The position numbers and the translations under genes are program-made. The notes beneath the pieces were generated by a model. That model saw nothing but the letters and a program-made list of their open reading frames with translations. It was not told the DNA's origin and did no database searches. From the human T2T-CHM13v2.0 reference genome, Homo sapiens: a DNA stretch of 64,000 nucleotides. The stretch lies in NCBI RefSeq assembly GCF_009914755.1, contig NC_060938.1; one strand, written 5' to 3'. Of the stretch, positions 30,951-44,708 are shown piece after piece (the stretch's first letter is position 1; every line of letters begins with the position of its first letter).

Positions 30951-33394
30951 TATCTTAGACTATTCTATCTTATTCTCATATGTAATAAATTACCAGCTTG
31001 TGACTGTTTATTTCTAGGCTCCTTCAACCTATTCATTTGTTTCTATGCTTATTTCCACTTCTTTTTTCACTACACTAATTCAGTTAACTGCCACCTGTTT
31101 TGTGAACAATTGAGTAGTTTCTCAATTTTGTTTTGTTTTCCTCCAGTTCCTCAACCTGCACAAAACATCTAGCTTACTGCTCTTCAAATATGCTATTATC
31201 ATTTCATTCTTTTTCAATGGCTTCCCATAATCCATTGAATTAAATGATATTCAAATCTCTTTATATCTAATTGGAACCTACCTTTCCATAGCACTAAGGA
31301 GAGTTGTAAGGAGGTGAGTACTTGGTGTAAAAATTGCTTATAGATGTAGTTAGCTTGCTATGAGATTAAAATGATTTTTAAAGTACAGAGAAAAATAAGA
31401 AATAACTTTAATGCAAGTCAATATATAATCAACTGATTATACGTGATTTAGTCCACAGATTTATAGAAATTCAGATAAAAAGATCATTGAAACCTTGGCT
31501 CATCAGAGAGAGCTTCATTAGAAAAACTGATAGTTGTTTGGGGTCCTGTATCATTTATTCATTTTATTTATTCAGACCCAATTTCTCCCTGTTTTTCTAA
31601 TACAAATATATAAGATTTTAGAGTAATGGATTCTGTTTTGTTAATATAAAAATATTTCTTGTGTCAGAAGAATTCAGATGCTTATAGATATTCTTGTAAA
31701 ATGTTATTATTTTTAATGAGATTGGGTCTTATTCCATTACTTTGAAAATGTATACAACTGAGCTGTTTCTTCTGATCAGCTTATACTATGGACACTTAGT
31801 TTGAAGTCATATTGGAATAATTTGGAGAAAGGTAGAATTTAGTAGATATTACAGAATTTAGGTATCTATTGTAAAATTTAGGTTTTATATAGGGCATGAC
31901 ATTTTTTAAGCGAATTTATAATAAATAGGGCTTTTTCAATTATACAGTAATGTAGGTTCCAAAGTGCTATTTTGTGGGTTTTCTGTGTGTTTAGCTGTTT
32001 TGTCTGTACTTATATTTGTATTTGTATTGTACAAAGGATATAAGTTTCTTTGTAGTTTGGATAATCTTTTGGATGAAAGAAAGGTAGTGAGTCATACAAA
32101 ATAGTGAAAAAAATCAGATATTTTGAAATAATACTTCTAATTTTCCAAGGATTTACCAAAATAGAGGATGTTAATTTTTAGTATGAATTTTTAATGATTG
32201 GATTGGTTTTCTGATGACTGTTTTAATTAGTTCTGCAGGGCATCCCATTTCTATCAACATAGTGTGTGCAACACCTTATTTACCAGTAATCAACTCATAT
32301 CTACTCTCAGTCTGTAAAGAGGGGTGTATATGAACCTTTACTTGTTATTTTTTACTTACGTAAATTTATTTACTTTTACATTCCTGGTCAAAGTGAATAA
32401 ACATTTTTTATACAGATGAGTTCATTTCCTCACTCCCATATCCATTCCAGTTTCTAAGAGCCTTCTGATTAACAGGCTCCCCAAAATTTTTCCCTTCCAA
32501 TTTAAATTTAAGTAATTAGCTTTTTCCTAATTTGGAACCTTGGTTAGAAAACACATTTGTTTGATTTGTCATTAGTTTGGGCATCTTACTTCAAATGAGG
32601 TCATGTAGCTTTGAGTTTAGATGATCACAGAAGTGTTCACTGAGCAGCATCTTCGTAGCTTTGAGGAAACAGAAAAACAACTTTTTTCTACTTTGATTAT
32701 GATTCTTTTTGACAGTTGCTTTAACTACAGTTAGGTACTGGCTGTACCAGTTCCAGTTTAAACAACTGGACTCTGAACCTGTTTTTGTTCTGATTAAGAA
32801 GTTTATTTATATGTTCAGGAATACAGCGGCACAACCTGTTAACAGCTGTAAATTTGCTTGATTAAGCTGTGTGTAGACAAATTTACTAGAGGGAACTGTT
32901 CCCTAAAAATTCCAGTTCACTTACATATGAAGTTAGTCTGGCTGTTTCTCACCAGTTTCCATCATTTCCTGCCAAGAATAATAAACATTTTCTTGCAAAG
33001 CATCGACACTAAAGGTTAGAAGTGTTCAGTGTTTTATCAATCACACTGGGCTGTCATGAATCTCAATAAACAAACACAGAGATATCTATGTGGATGCCTG
33101 GAGAAGCCGTTAGACCCTAGAAAAATAATTTCTTTCAGACAGTATCCTAGACCTTTTCAAAGTAGATAAATGTCAATTATGAAGAGACATTTATTGTAAT
33201 GGAAATAATGGATTCTTCGGTCTAGATTTTCATTTACTGACCTAGTTCAGGGAAGCTTGTACTTTTAGTGGATAATAATAAGCTAGAGCAAGAAAGTGTG
33301 TTTTCTTAATTTCATATAACTGTAGATGCTATTATGAGTATTATAATAAAGATGGGTTTATTAATTTAAACTTATAGTATTAACATTTCTCTAC

Positions 33395-33613
33395 CATGGT
33401 CTGTCAGGCAAACTGTGGCTCACGACTGGTGCACAGCGTGTTATTGTAGCACTCACAAGTTAAGAATGGGTTTATAGTTTTAAGTGATTGTAACAAACAT
33501 AAAACAAAGAATTTTATATATATATATCTAGAGAGAGCGAGAGAGGAGAGAGAGCCCTCAAAGTCTAAAATATTTATTATCTGGCCCTTTAAGATAAAGT
33601 TTGCCAAACCCTG
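33395..33613. mobile_element. MER58 (MER58C-like) hAT MITE
   Basis: GGCAAACTGTGGC start; AAAATATTTATTATCTGGCCCTTTA...GTTTGCCAAACCCTG end. Confidence 0.8.
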
Positions 33614-33687
33614 GTCTATATTAGTAGTAATAGTTTACTACCAGCATTCAAAACGTGCCAGCAACAAAGCAGGATGAAATTATAGTC

Positions 33688-33741
33688 TTAGTGTTAGGGT
33701 ATTTTATTTCTTATTTAGTGTTAGGATATTTTATTTCTTAT
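33688..33741. repeat. 27-bp two-copy tandem duplication
   Basis: TTAGTGTTAGG(G/A)TATTTTATTTCTTAT twice. Confidence 0.9.
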
Positions 33742-34028
33742 TTGCATGTGGTATATAAAATAAAAATATAACAGTATCCTTATAGGGTTATTGGGAGCAT
33801 TAAATCATAACTTTTTGTGGTGCTTCTTACACATGGAGGACAATAACTGTTTTGTTAGCTGTTGCTGTTGTTATATGTCAGATGCCTGACAGTTGTTTCA
33901 ACTTTGTTTTATGTGTGTATCTTCTGTTTATTCTCTGCTCTATTTGCATTATGTTTAATTTTGTAAGTCTTTTAAAAATCTTTTTGATTTTAGTTGCAAT
34001 GCAAATTTTAAAAGTATAGCAGTTTTAT

Positions 34029-34577
34029 TGTTCCCATTCCTGTGGCTGTGTAACAGATTACCCCACAACTTAGTGGCACAAAGCAATCAGTTATTATGCT
34101 CACAGATTCTGTGGGTCAGGAATTCGGACAGGGCACAGCAGGAATGGCTTCTCTTAGTTCCACAGTGTTTGAGGCTGGAACCTCAAAGGCTAGGCACTAT
34201 AATCATTCATTCATTTATATGTCTGGCAGATGTCACTGGCTGTTGGCCCCAGTTCCTCTCCACATGGGTCTTTCCATGTGATGTCTCCAAATGAACTAGT
34301 TTGGGCTTCCTTAAGTAGAGTGTCTGGGTTCCTCAGAGCAAACATTTCAAAAAGAGAAAGATAGGCAGAAGCTATATCCTTCTTATGACAGAGCCTTGGA
34401 AGTCACAGAACATTATTTCTATTTTGCTCTGTTGGCCAGAATAATTAGAAATCCCCCTAGGTTCAAGAGGAGAGAAATAGACTCTACCATGTGATGGGTG
34501 GGGTTGGCAAGATTCTGGAAGAGCATGCTGGACCAGAAATACGGCTGAAGCCATTTTTGGAAATATGATCTGCCACA
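34029..34577 (-). mobile_element. MLT1 (MLT1G-like) MaLR LTR
   Basis: GCTGTGTAACAGATTACCCCACAACTTAGTGGC...ATCTGCCACA. Confidence 0.8.
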
Positions 34578-35307
34578 ATGATATTACTTTATTTAATAAT
34601 TGCTTATGTAGCATTTAATCTATATGCTAGGGACTACTGTAAATACTAAACAAATATTAATTCATTTAATCCATAACAGTCTTATTTTACAGATGAGGAA
34701 ACTAAATCAGAATATTGTATTACGTAGAATATAACTTTCTCTGCTCTTGATGGACAACAAATAATTTACTATGATTTTAAAAACTTGTCTAGTATTATTT
34801 AAACATTAAATATTTTGGATGCAAATTTGCATTTCCTGCATGCATCATATTAGAATAGACTTGAGAGGTGCAGTTTCTATTAAGTAATGTCTTAAATAAG
34901 TACAAAGGTCAGGCATCCAGGAGCTCATCCTTCCATATTCTTAGAATTGGGATGTGATAAATAAGTCAGAATTTTTTCATGAAGCAGTGCCCAGATGAGT
35001 ACATGTTATCAAATATTTTATTTGATAATAATGCAGGACTGACTGACCAAACTTGATTTATAAATTAGTTCCATGTCCTTTTATGAGAATAAATACAATA
35101 TCTTGGTCTTGTTGTGATAATATTACCTAATGGCTATGTTTTCCTTCATTGGCATTGAAATCAGAACTGATTTTTGGTAAGGTTAGTAATTTGCGTTATT
35201 TTTAAATCTCCATTATTATGAAGATATTTTATCAGGGACAAAGATTGCCTTTTCTCTCTCCCTCTCCTTTTCTTTTCTTTCTTTTTTTTTTTTTTTCCCA
35301 TTAACAG

Positions 35308-35320
35308 TTGATGGAGGAAG
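35308..35320 (+). other. Candidate 13-nt microexon TTGATGGAGGAAG
   Basis: ~52-nt pure pyrimidine tract (35248-35299), ATTAACAG acceptor, AAG|GTAACT donor, non-repeat context. Confidence 0.45.
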
Positions 35321-35773
35321 GTAACTTTGTATGAGTTATTGTTGGACATGCAAGCCCTGTTTTTTTACATTTGTTGATTCTGCTTTGGAGATTTATCAGT
35401 CTCTGAGCAAGTTGCTTTGAAGCATTTCAGTCTTCTTTGTCTCTCAGAACCCATTAGTGCTATCTTCAGGATGTGCCAGAGTGACTTTTACCCTGGTACA
35501 TTTGTGACACAGTTACACCATATCTCCTACTCTCTACTCATCACTGTATAGCAAGTACAAGTTACCAGATAGAAGCATATTCTTGTTGGATTATCAAAAC
35601 TCAGGTGGAGTGTTTAACATCTTTTTTGAATATTTAAATAGTGTTTTTCTTTCTAATTGGCAAATTTTGGGTATTCTTTAAAAACAATATTTGATTAGGA
35701 GATCATGGAGAAATTTGTATGGTCAAAACTTGCCAAATTTGAGACTCACTTATTTGTTTAAATTTAAGGATCA

Positions 35774-35805
<32 letters not shown>

Positions 35806-36049
35806 GTAGGAATCTAAGATAGAGACCTGTACTATTCTGAATGTGAATGAACTGATTACATTGATTGGAATACGTAATTTAGGAGCATTCATTATTACTT
35901 TTTGACTTGGAAACAATATAAGAATGAATGCAAAAAAAAAAAAAAAAGGAGCATGTGGATTCATTGCTATCTTGTTTACTGCTCAGTCACTTATTTGAGA
36001 GTGCCAAACCCTACCCACTAGGGCCACCCGGGATGCTTTGTTTATTTGA

Positions 36050-36320
36050 GAGGGGGTGTGGAGGCATGGTGAAGGGCAGGAGCTCCAGAGTTAGGCTGAC
36101 TGGGTTTTAAACCCAGCCCTCCTGCCATCTGTGCAATCTTGGTCCAGTTACTTAAAACACTCTGTGATTCAGTCTGCTTTTCTGTAAAATGGCTGAGTTT
36201 TCTCATTGGTAGAAATGGCATCTACTTCATGGTGTTGTAAACATTAAATGATTAAATATATGTAAAGTGCTTAGGATAGTGCTTAGCACATTATAAGCTC
36301 ATAAATGTGCGCTCCTATTC
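36050..36320 (+). mobile_element. MIR
   Basis: CTGTAAAATGG; GTGTTGTAAACATTAAATGA...ATGTAAAGTGCTTAG. Confidence 0.75.
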
Positions 36321-36468
36321 ATTAAATCATTCTTTCATTCACTTATTAAAAGCATGACATTTATTTAACACCTACTATGATGGGGATACAAAGGTGACTA
36401 CTCAGGAGATATGAATATTATAATAGGGGGAGGCAGAGGTATATTATAGTCATTACAACATACGATGG

Positions 36469-36832
36469 TGTATTAGTCTGTTCTCATGTTGCTAATAAAG
36501 ACATACCTAAGACTGGGTAATTTATAAAGGAAAGAGGTTTAATGGATTCACAGTTCCACATGGCTGGGAGGCTTCATAATCATGGTGGAAGGCGAAGGAG
36601 GAGCAAAGTCATGTCTTACATGGCCGCAGAGAAGAGGGCGCGTACAGAAGAACTGCCCTTTATAAAACCATCAGATTTCGGGAGACTTATTCACTATCAT
36701 GAGAACAGCATGGGAAAAAACCTGTCCCCGTGATTCAATTACCTCCCACTGGGTCCCTCCCATGACACGTGGGGATTATGGGAGCTGCAATTCAAGATGA
36801 GATTTGGGTGGGGACACAGCCAAACCATATCA
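36469..36832 (-). mobile_element. THE1 (THE1C-like) solo LTR
   Basis: TGTATTAGTCTGTTCTC...CCAAACCATATCA; flanks GATGG/GGTGG. Confidence 0.92.
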
Positions 36833-37299
36833 GGTGGAGAGTGATATAGGTTATAAAACAAATATGTCAAAGTGCCATGAAAAGAAGAGGACAAAATTTT
36901 TGATAGCCTTAAACAATCGTTTCACTTTTCTCTGACACCATTTATTCATTTATAAATGCCTTACCTTTTATGGAACTTTTACAGTTCTTCAGCAGGAAAT
37001 AATCTCTCCTTTATTGGCATCCCTATATCATTTTGCCTTATGGCAATTATTATTTTCTATCTTTCTTTTGGCAGCTGTTGATAGTAATCATTTTGTATCT
37101 TGTTAAATCATTATTTGTTCCTATCTTGTCCATTTTACTTGAAGACAGTTCACAGTCACTCAACACAGTACTTATCAAAAATGCTTCAAAAATATTTACT
37201 GAGTGAGTCAGGTAACAAAACGATTAAAATGCTTAGCCATCAGCGTATGCCTCTATTTTTTAAGGGCTTTTTATAAGCAAATACGGGTAGAAAAACATT

Positions 37300-37740
37300 G
37301 GCAGTTTGAGAGTAAAATAAACATATATAACTCACCAACTGACTGATCAGGATAATTATCTGGGAGTCTCTGGGGGTAAAAAGCCCCCAGTTTGTTCCAT
37401 TTTACAACTCCCACCATGGCCTCAGTCAGGCCACCAACATGATACAACTAGATGTGGAGTTTGGAAGGGTGTGCACTGGAACACCATCATATAGTAATCC
37501 TGCCAACTGGATACAATAGTGTAAGCAACCCCAAGAGCACAGATAATAGTAAAATGTCCAACATATTTAACAAATGAGGTGTTTTGAGTATTTATTATCT
37601 TTGTTTTAATATAATTTTTATTTATTGGTACATTTATAACATTTAGCTTTAAATGATGGCTGTGTTTAACAACTGGCTTAGAAAATTCCTGAAAATTTAG
37701 TAGTCAGCTCTTGTGAAAGAGTACAAGCCAACTCACATAC
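37300..37740. mobile_element. MER63-family (hAT-Blackjack) remnant
   Basis: Reverse-complement similarity to the 59790-60650 element (AAGAGCACAGATAATAGTAAAATGT; TTTTGAGTATTTATTATCTTTG). Confidence 0.6.
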
Positions 37741-38238
37741 ACTTTTACCCAGGCTCTGCTGACTGTGTAACTTTTGCTAGTAATTTCACTCCTAGAATCT
37801 GTGCTAAGGAAATTATCTGTGAATTGGAAAAAGCACAAAGATGTTTATCATAGCATTAGTAGTAACAGCAAAAAGTTGGAAGCAACCTAATTGTTTAAAG
37901 TGAGCTGTGGTTAAGTAAATTCACTGGAATGTTTTCTGGAATTAAGTGACTTCTTTGAAGACTTTATAACAACAAGGGAAAATGCCATAAAGTTAAATGA
38001 AAAAGAAAAAAGAAAGAATGCTAAATATCTAATTTATATAGAATGATCAAAATTTAAAAATATAGACATATGCTAATGGAAGAAGGAAATGTCAGTGTTT
38101 GGAGCTAATAAGGACATGGCTTTTTTTCTTTAACCCTTTCTTCATTTTCCAAATTTCTAATAATGAGTATATTTTATAATTATAATGAAAAGATATATCA
38201 TTTTTGTCACAAAACCAAATTCTAATTTATAGCTCTAG

Positions 38239-38577
<339 letters not shown>

Positions 38578-38772
38578 TATCTTTTTTATCTTAGAAATTT
38601 AATATTTTCCTCTAACAACCAATAGAGCATATACCAATTGAATTTGTTTTTTAGAGATCAATGCTGAGTTCATTTTGCCCCTAGATTTTATTTACAGTCT
38701 ATCATAGATTTTCATGGAGGATTTTAAAGTTTGAATTTTTCAAAAGTATCCTACATTACAAAATAAATTTTA

Positions 38773-39104
<332 letters not shown>

Positions 39105-39889
39105 TTAAAAAGCTGCTTAGTAGTTAAGTAGCTGATTGTCCCTTTAAAACAATTGATAGTTATATTGTTCTAAAATTGAGTCTGGGTCTGTGTGTCCCAC
39201 ATTCGTGTCTAAGCTATGCATTGTTAAAATTTTATTTGACCATTTATAGCTTGTCTCACTTTGTGAAGGAATTTTTCAGACCTTTTCAAAATACATTTAA
39301 ATATAAGCAGATAATCTAATTTTACACACTTCCTGTCCCCTTTTTAATCAGTAATTGGTTAACTTCAATAGACAATTTAGACAAGCTAAGCTTCTGTGTA
39401 ATTTTTCTCCCTAAAGATTAAGATTTGATGAAATAAATAATCTGTAGCGTACCTTGTAGAAGGAAAATGCTTTCCTAATTACTTTTTAAAGGTACTAATT
39501 TAAATGTCACAGCAAGTTCTGTTAAGGTTTTACTTCTATTTTAAGGTTGTAATATCTGTTACCACTCTATTTACTTGGTGTGGGCGAGTTTCAACAAGGA
39601 TTAGATTTTTTAAATTAATTCTCTATATTTTTATGGGGGAGAAATTGAAGCATTCCATTATATTGTAGGAATTCCCGGAACTTCTTAGTATTCCTTTTCT
39701 ACCTTGTTAAACCATTAATTTGTTTCTATCTTATTCATTTTACTTGAAGACTTAAACATTTCTGTATCACTGACAGCCACTCAAACAGTACTCATAAAAA
39801 ATGTGTCATAAACATGTACTGAGTCAAGTAGCAAAACCTTTTAAATTATTCAGCTTTTTATGTGTCTGGATTTTGAGTCATAGACTTGT

Positions 39890-40125
39890 GTGTGCCATGG
39901 GGTATAATGAATGGGTAATGGACTTTGGAGTAAATAAGCCTAAGTTCAAAGTCTGATTCTTCCATTTACCAGCTGTGAAAACTTGGGTAATTATTCTTTG
40001 GGCCTCAGACGCATCTCTGAAATGAATATAATAATCCCTAGCTTGTGGAGTTGCTGAGAGGATTAGAGATAAAATATGTAATGTTCCTTGCATATAGTAA
40101 GCATTCAATACATGGTTAGTTATTA
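39890..40125 (+). mobile_element. MIR
   Basis: GGACTTTGGAGT...GTTGCTGAGAGGATTAGAGATA. Confidence 0.75.
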
Positions 40126-40550
40126 GGCATTCAGTAATAATTGAGTGGATGACTGCTTCAGGGAAAATTTGGTGGCTGATTTACTGAAACACCCAGTAAA
40201 CATATATGAAAAAAAAAAACACACCAAAACTGACTTTTAGTTAGAACAGTTTAGAGAAACTGAGAGTCAGTTTATAAAGGAGCCTTGCAAGGAAACTGAA
40301 AAGGTGAAATAGACGGGAACAAAACCTACAGAGTACCGCTGCAGTGGAGAAAAGAAGTTTCAGAATGCTAGAATGGTGGCAGTGGCAAATTCTATAGTGA
40401 ATTCAAACAAGAAGGTCAATAATTGGTCATCTCTGGATTTGGTCACCTTTGTTATTTCCCAATTTCTGTATATTCTTTTTATGATCATGGTTGACAAAAG
40501 TATAGCGCTGAACATAAGACATGCTAGGAAGGAAAATGATTTAGGAGGTA

Positions 40551-40796
40551 CAGTTGATTCTTGAAAATCATGGGTTTAACTGCATGGGTCCAATTATATG
40601 TAGATTTTTTTCAAGCAAATTTCCATTGCAAATACAGTATTTATGAGATGCAAAACCTGCATGTATGGAGGGCTGACATTTCATATATGTGAGTTCCAGA
40701 GGGTGGACTTTGGAACTTGAGTGTGTGTGGATTTTGGTATATGTGGTGCAGGAGTGGCCCTGGATCCAATTCCCAGTATATGCCAAGGGATGACTG
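40551..40796 (-). mobile_element. MER8 (Tigger2-derived MITE)
   Basis: TA|CAGTTGATTCTTGAA ... CCAAGGGATGACTG terminal inverted repeats, ~245 bp. Confidence 0.8.
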
Positions 40797-40799
40797 TGA

Positions 40800-41140
40800 T
40801 TTTATCAGTTAAGATTAGGATGACTGCGTATAACAAAAAAAGAGACATCTATCTTATTTCTTGTTCGTTCTTACCGTATTGCCACATTGTCCAATATGGC
40901 TGCTAGAGATTCAGCCATTGCATCAGTATTACAGCTGGCAGGAGGAGAAAAGACCAAAAAGAATGTGCCCCTTCCCTGTAAGGACATTTCTGGGAAGTTA
41001 CACATTGCACTTTCTCTTTGGCTAAAATTTAGTTCTATGGCCACAGCTAACTGCAAGAATGACAACCAGAAATATTGTCTTTTGGCTGAGCATAGTGTAC
41101 CCAGCTAAGCTTTGGGGTTCTTATTTTTAGGAAGCAGAGG
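40800..41140 (-). mobile_element. Old MLT1 (J/K-like) LTR remnant
   Basis: CAATATGGCTGCT...CAGCCATTGCATC...ATGGCCACAGCTAACTGCAAG. Confidence 0.5.
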
Positions 41141-41188
41141 AAAATTACCAGATCATAACAAGGTGATGAGCATGGCCTCTAATCCTGC

Positions 41189-41491
<303 letters not shown>

Positions 41492-41717
41492 TCTTTGCTT
41501 TTTTAATGTTTTAACTCTCAGCGTCTTTTAAAAACATCACTTAAAGTTACTTTAAAATTACACTAGAAATACACTTCCTTTTAGAAAAAATTAGGAAATA
41601 TAGAAGACTAAAAAATAGGAAAAAACTACCTAAAATTGTCCACTATTAACATTTTTGGTGTATATCTGTTCAGACTTTTTCTGTTAATATGTAAATATTC
41701 ATATTACTTATATATAT

Positions 41718-41865
41718 AGAGTTTCAGTTTGGGATGATGAAAAGGTTCTGAGATGGATGTTGTTGGTTGCGCAAGACTGTGAATATAGGTAATGCTACTC
41801 AACTGTACACTTGAAAATGGTTTAAATGGTAAATTTTATGTATACTTTACTGCAATTTAAAAAAC
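41718..41865 (+). mobile_element. L1MB 3' terminus
   Basis: AGAGTTTCAGTTTGGGATGATGAAAA...AAATGGTAAATTTTATGT. Confidence 0.8.
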
Positions 41866-42726
41866 ATTGATTGTTTACAAAAAGGAGATCAAACTCAACA
41901 TATTATTTTCTAATCTGCTTTTTAGAGGTAAGAGAATACCTTTCCATGTAAAAATATATATGTTTGCAGCATGATTTTTGTGGCTGAATATTTATTTTAT
42001 CCTTTAGGTGTACCACCTTTTATTGACAAGAGTGTTGAAGCAAATAAACAGGAGTGTTAGTTCTTTCCTTGTTAAGTGGATTCACAGAGAGCTTTGTGAT
42101 GCATGAGAGAGGACCTGGGGAAATAACCAGATGATGGAAACTGAATACCCCCCTGGGACCTTACACTGTGTCTGCCTTGTTCAAGTGACTCTCTAAATAA
42201 ACAGTTTTACTGCTCTGAGGACAATATAGTACCCTTTTGTTTTTTTCACATATAATTATTATTTTTAGTTCATCTAAAAGAATGTCCCAACTAAGTTAAT
42301 GTTCTATTAGAGGACTCAGGGCAAAAGAGAGGGATAAAGGGAGAACATTGCCTCCTGAGAAATGATGCCTTCACACGAGGATCAGATGCCAGTGATGGCA
42401 GCAATGTCTGCAATTTCGATATTGCTAAGCCACTCTCAGGAAGGTTTTTCCTGATTGGAGGTCTGGCTCTCCCGTGAGATGGTGTTTCTCTTACAGCCAG
42501 AATGTTTGTCATTTTCCCATATCTTCACTGTCACAGGGTCATTGTCCTTCTAAGTCTTCCCTGCCACTTTTAGAACGTCATTTTTTCACCTACTATAAAA
42601 TACTCTGCCTCTTTGTTATATGGGTAAACAAATTGCTACCTAGCTAAACTAAGTGTTATTTCTTTTCTGTGCTGTTATTGACATTTGTCCCCCAACTCCC
42701 TTCCACTTTACTCTTCATCTTATTTA

Positions 42727-43095
42727 CAGGCATACCTTGGAGATATTGTGGGTTCAGTTCCAGACTGCTGCAATAAAGCAGTTATAGCAATAAAGTGGGC
42801 AACACAAAATTTTTTGTTTCCTAATGCATATAAAACTTATGTTTGCACTGTACGGTAGTCTACTAAGTGTATCATAGCATTATGTCTAAAAAATGTACAA
42901 GCCTTATTTTAAAAATATGGTTAAAAAATGTTAACAATCATCTGTGCCTTCAATGAGTTGTAATCTTTTTGCTGGTGGAGGGTCTTGCCTTGATGTTGAT
43001 GGCTTCTGACTAAACAGGCTGGTGGTTGGTGAAAGTTGGGTAGCTATGGCAATTTCTTAAAATAAGACAACAATGAAGTTTGTTGATTGACTCTT
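42727..43095 (-). mobile_element. Tigger1 3' terminal segment
   Basis: TA|CAGGCATACCTTGGAGATATTGTGGGTTCAGTTCCAGAC terminal repeat. Confidence 0.9.
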
Positions 43096-43722
43096 GAATC
43101 AGTTTATTTGCTTGGTAATAAGAGTAGTACCCAATAGGTAGTTTTTCAACCTATACTCCTCTCCATTCCTCCCACCCCTAGTAGTCCACAGTGTCTATTG
43201 TTCCCATGTTTATGTTCATGTGTAGTCAATGTTTAGCTCCCATTTATAAGTGAGAACATGTATTGTTTGGTTTTCTGTTCCTGCATTAATTTGCTTGGGA
43301 TTATGGCCTCCAGCTTTCTCCATGTTGCTGCAAAGGACATGATTTTATTCTTTTACATGGCTGTGTAGTATTTCATGGTATATATGTACCACATTTTCTT
43401 TATCCGATCCATTATTGATGGGCACCCAGATTGATACTATGTCTTTGCTATTGTGAATATCCTGGTGATGAACATATGAGTGCCTGTGTCTTTTTGGTAG
43501 AATGATTTATTTTCTTTCAGGTATATCCCCAGTATTGGGATGGATGGGTCAAATGGTAGCTCTGTTTTAAGTTCTTTGAGAAATAGCCATCTGTTGTTTT
43601 TTGACTTTTAGTAATAGCCATTCTGACTGGTGTGAGATGGTATCTCATTGCGGTTTTGATTTACATTTTTCTGACTTTTAGTGTTGATGGGCATTTTTTC
43701 ATGTTTGTTGGCTGCTTGTCTC

Positions 43723-44412
43723 TCTTTTTTTTTTCTTCCAACTCTTATTTCAGGTTCAAGGGGTACATGTGCACGTTCATTACATGGGTAAATTGCATGT
43801 TGTGGGGTTTGGTGTCTAGATAATTTTGTCACCTAGGTAATCAGCATAATACCTAATAGGCACATTTTCAGTCCTCACCCTTCTCCCACCCTCCACCCTC
43901 AAGTGGGCTCTATTGTCTATTTTCTTCGTTATGTCCTGGTGTACTCAATATTTCACTTGTACTTATATGTGAGAACTTGTGGTATTTGGGTTTTTGTTTC
44001 TGCATTAATTTGCTTAGGATAATGGTCTCTAGCTCCATCCATGTTGCTACAAAGGACATGATCTCATTCTTTTTTATGGCTGTTTAGTATTCTGTGGTAT
44101 ATATGCACCCCATTTTCTTTATCCAGTGCATTGTTGATGGGCAGCTATAATAGGTTGATTCCATGTCTTTGCTATTGTGCATAGTGCTGCAGTGAACATA
44201 CATGTGCATTTGTCTTTATGGTAGAATGATTTATATTCTTTTGGGTATATACCCAGTAATGGGATTACTGGGCCAATTGACAGCTCTGTTGCAGGTTCTT
44301 TGAGAAACCTTCAAACTACTTTCTACAATGGCTGAACTAATTTGCAGTCCCACCAGTGGCGTATAAACATTCCCTTTTCTCCACAATCCACAATCTCATG
44401 AACATCTATTAT
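43723..44412 (-). mobile_element. Second, 5'-truncated L1PA (L1PA13/15-like) nested in the larger L1
   Basis: New poly-T and complete L1PA 3' end starting inside the host L1; host resumes at GTATGTCTTCTTTTGAGAAG. Confidence 0.75.
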
Positions 44413-44430
44413 TTTTTGGTATGTCTTCTT

Positions 44431-44708
44431 TTTTTTTGAGACAGTCTCCCTCTGTCATCCAGGCTGGAGTGAAGTCCTGGCTGACTGCAACCTCCGCCTC
44501 CCAGGTTCAAGCGGTTCTCCTGCCTCGCCTCCTGAGTAGCTGTGATTACAGGCGTGCGCCATGAGGCCTGGCTAATTTTTGTATTTTTAGTAGAGATGGG
44601 GTTTCACCATGTTGTCCAGGCTGGTCCTGAACTCCTGACCTCAAGTGATCTGCCTGCCTCTGTCTCTCAAAGTGCCAGGATTACTGGTGTGAGGCACCGC
44701 ACCTGACC
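44431..44708 (-). mobile_element. AluS (Sx/Sz-like)
   Basis: TSD TTTTTGGTATGTCTTCTT at 44413-44430 and 44712-44729. Confidence 0.92.

Noticed and set aside
41905-41933. TTTTTAGAG|GTAAGA possible recursive splice site
   Set aside because: Short tract, GAG acceptor shadowed by an upstream TAG, inside an L1ME-like remnant.
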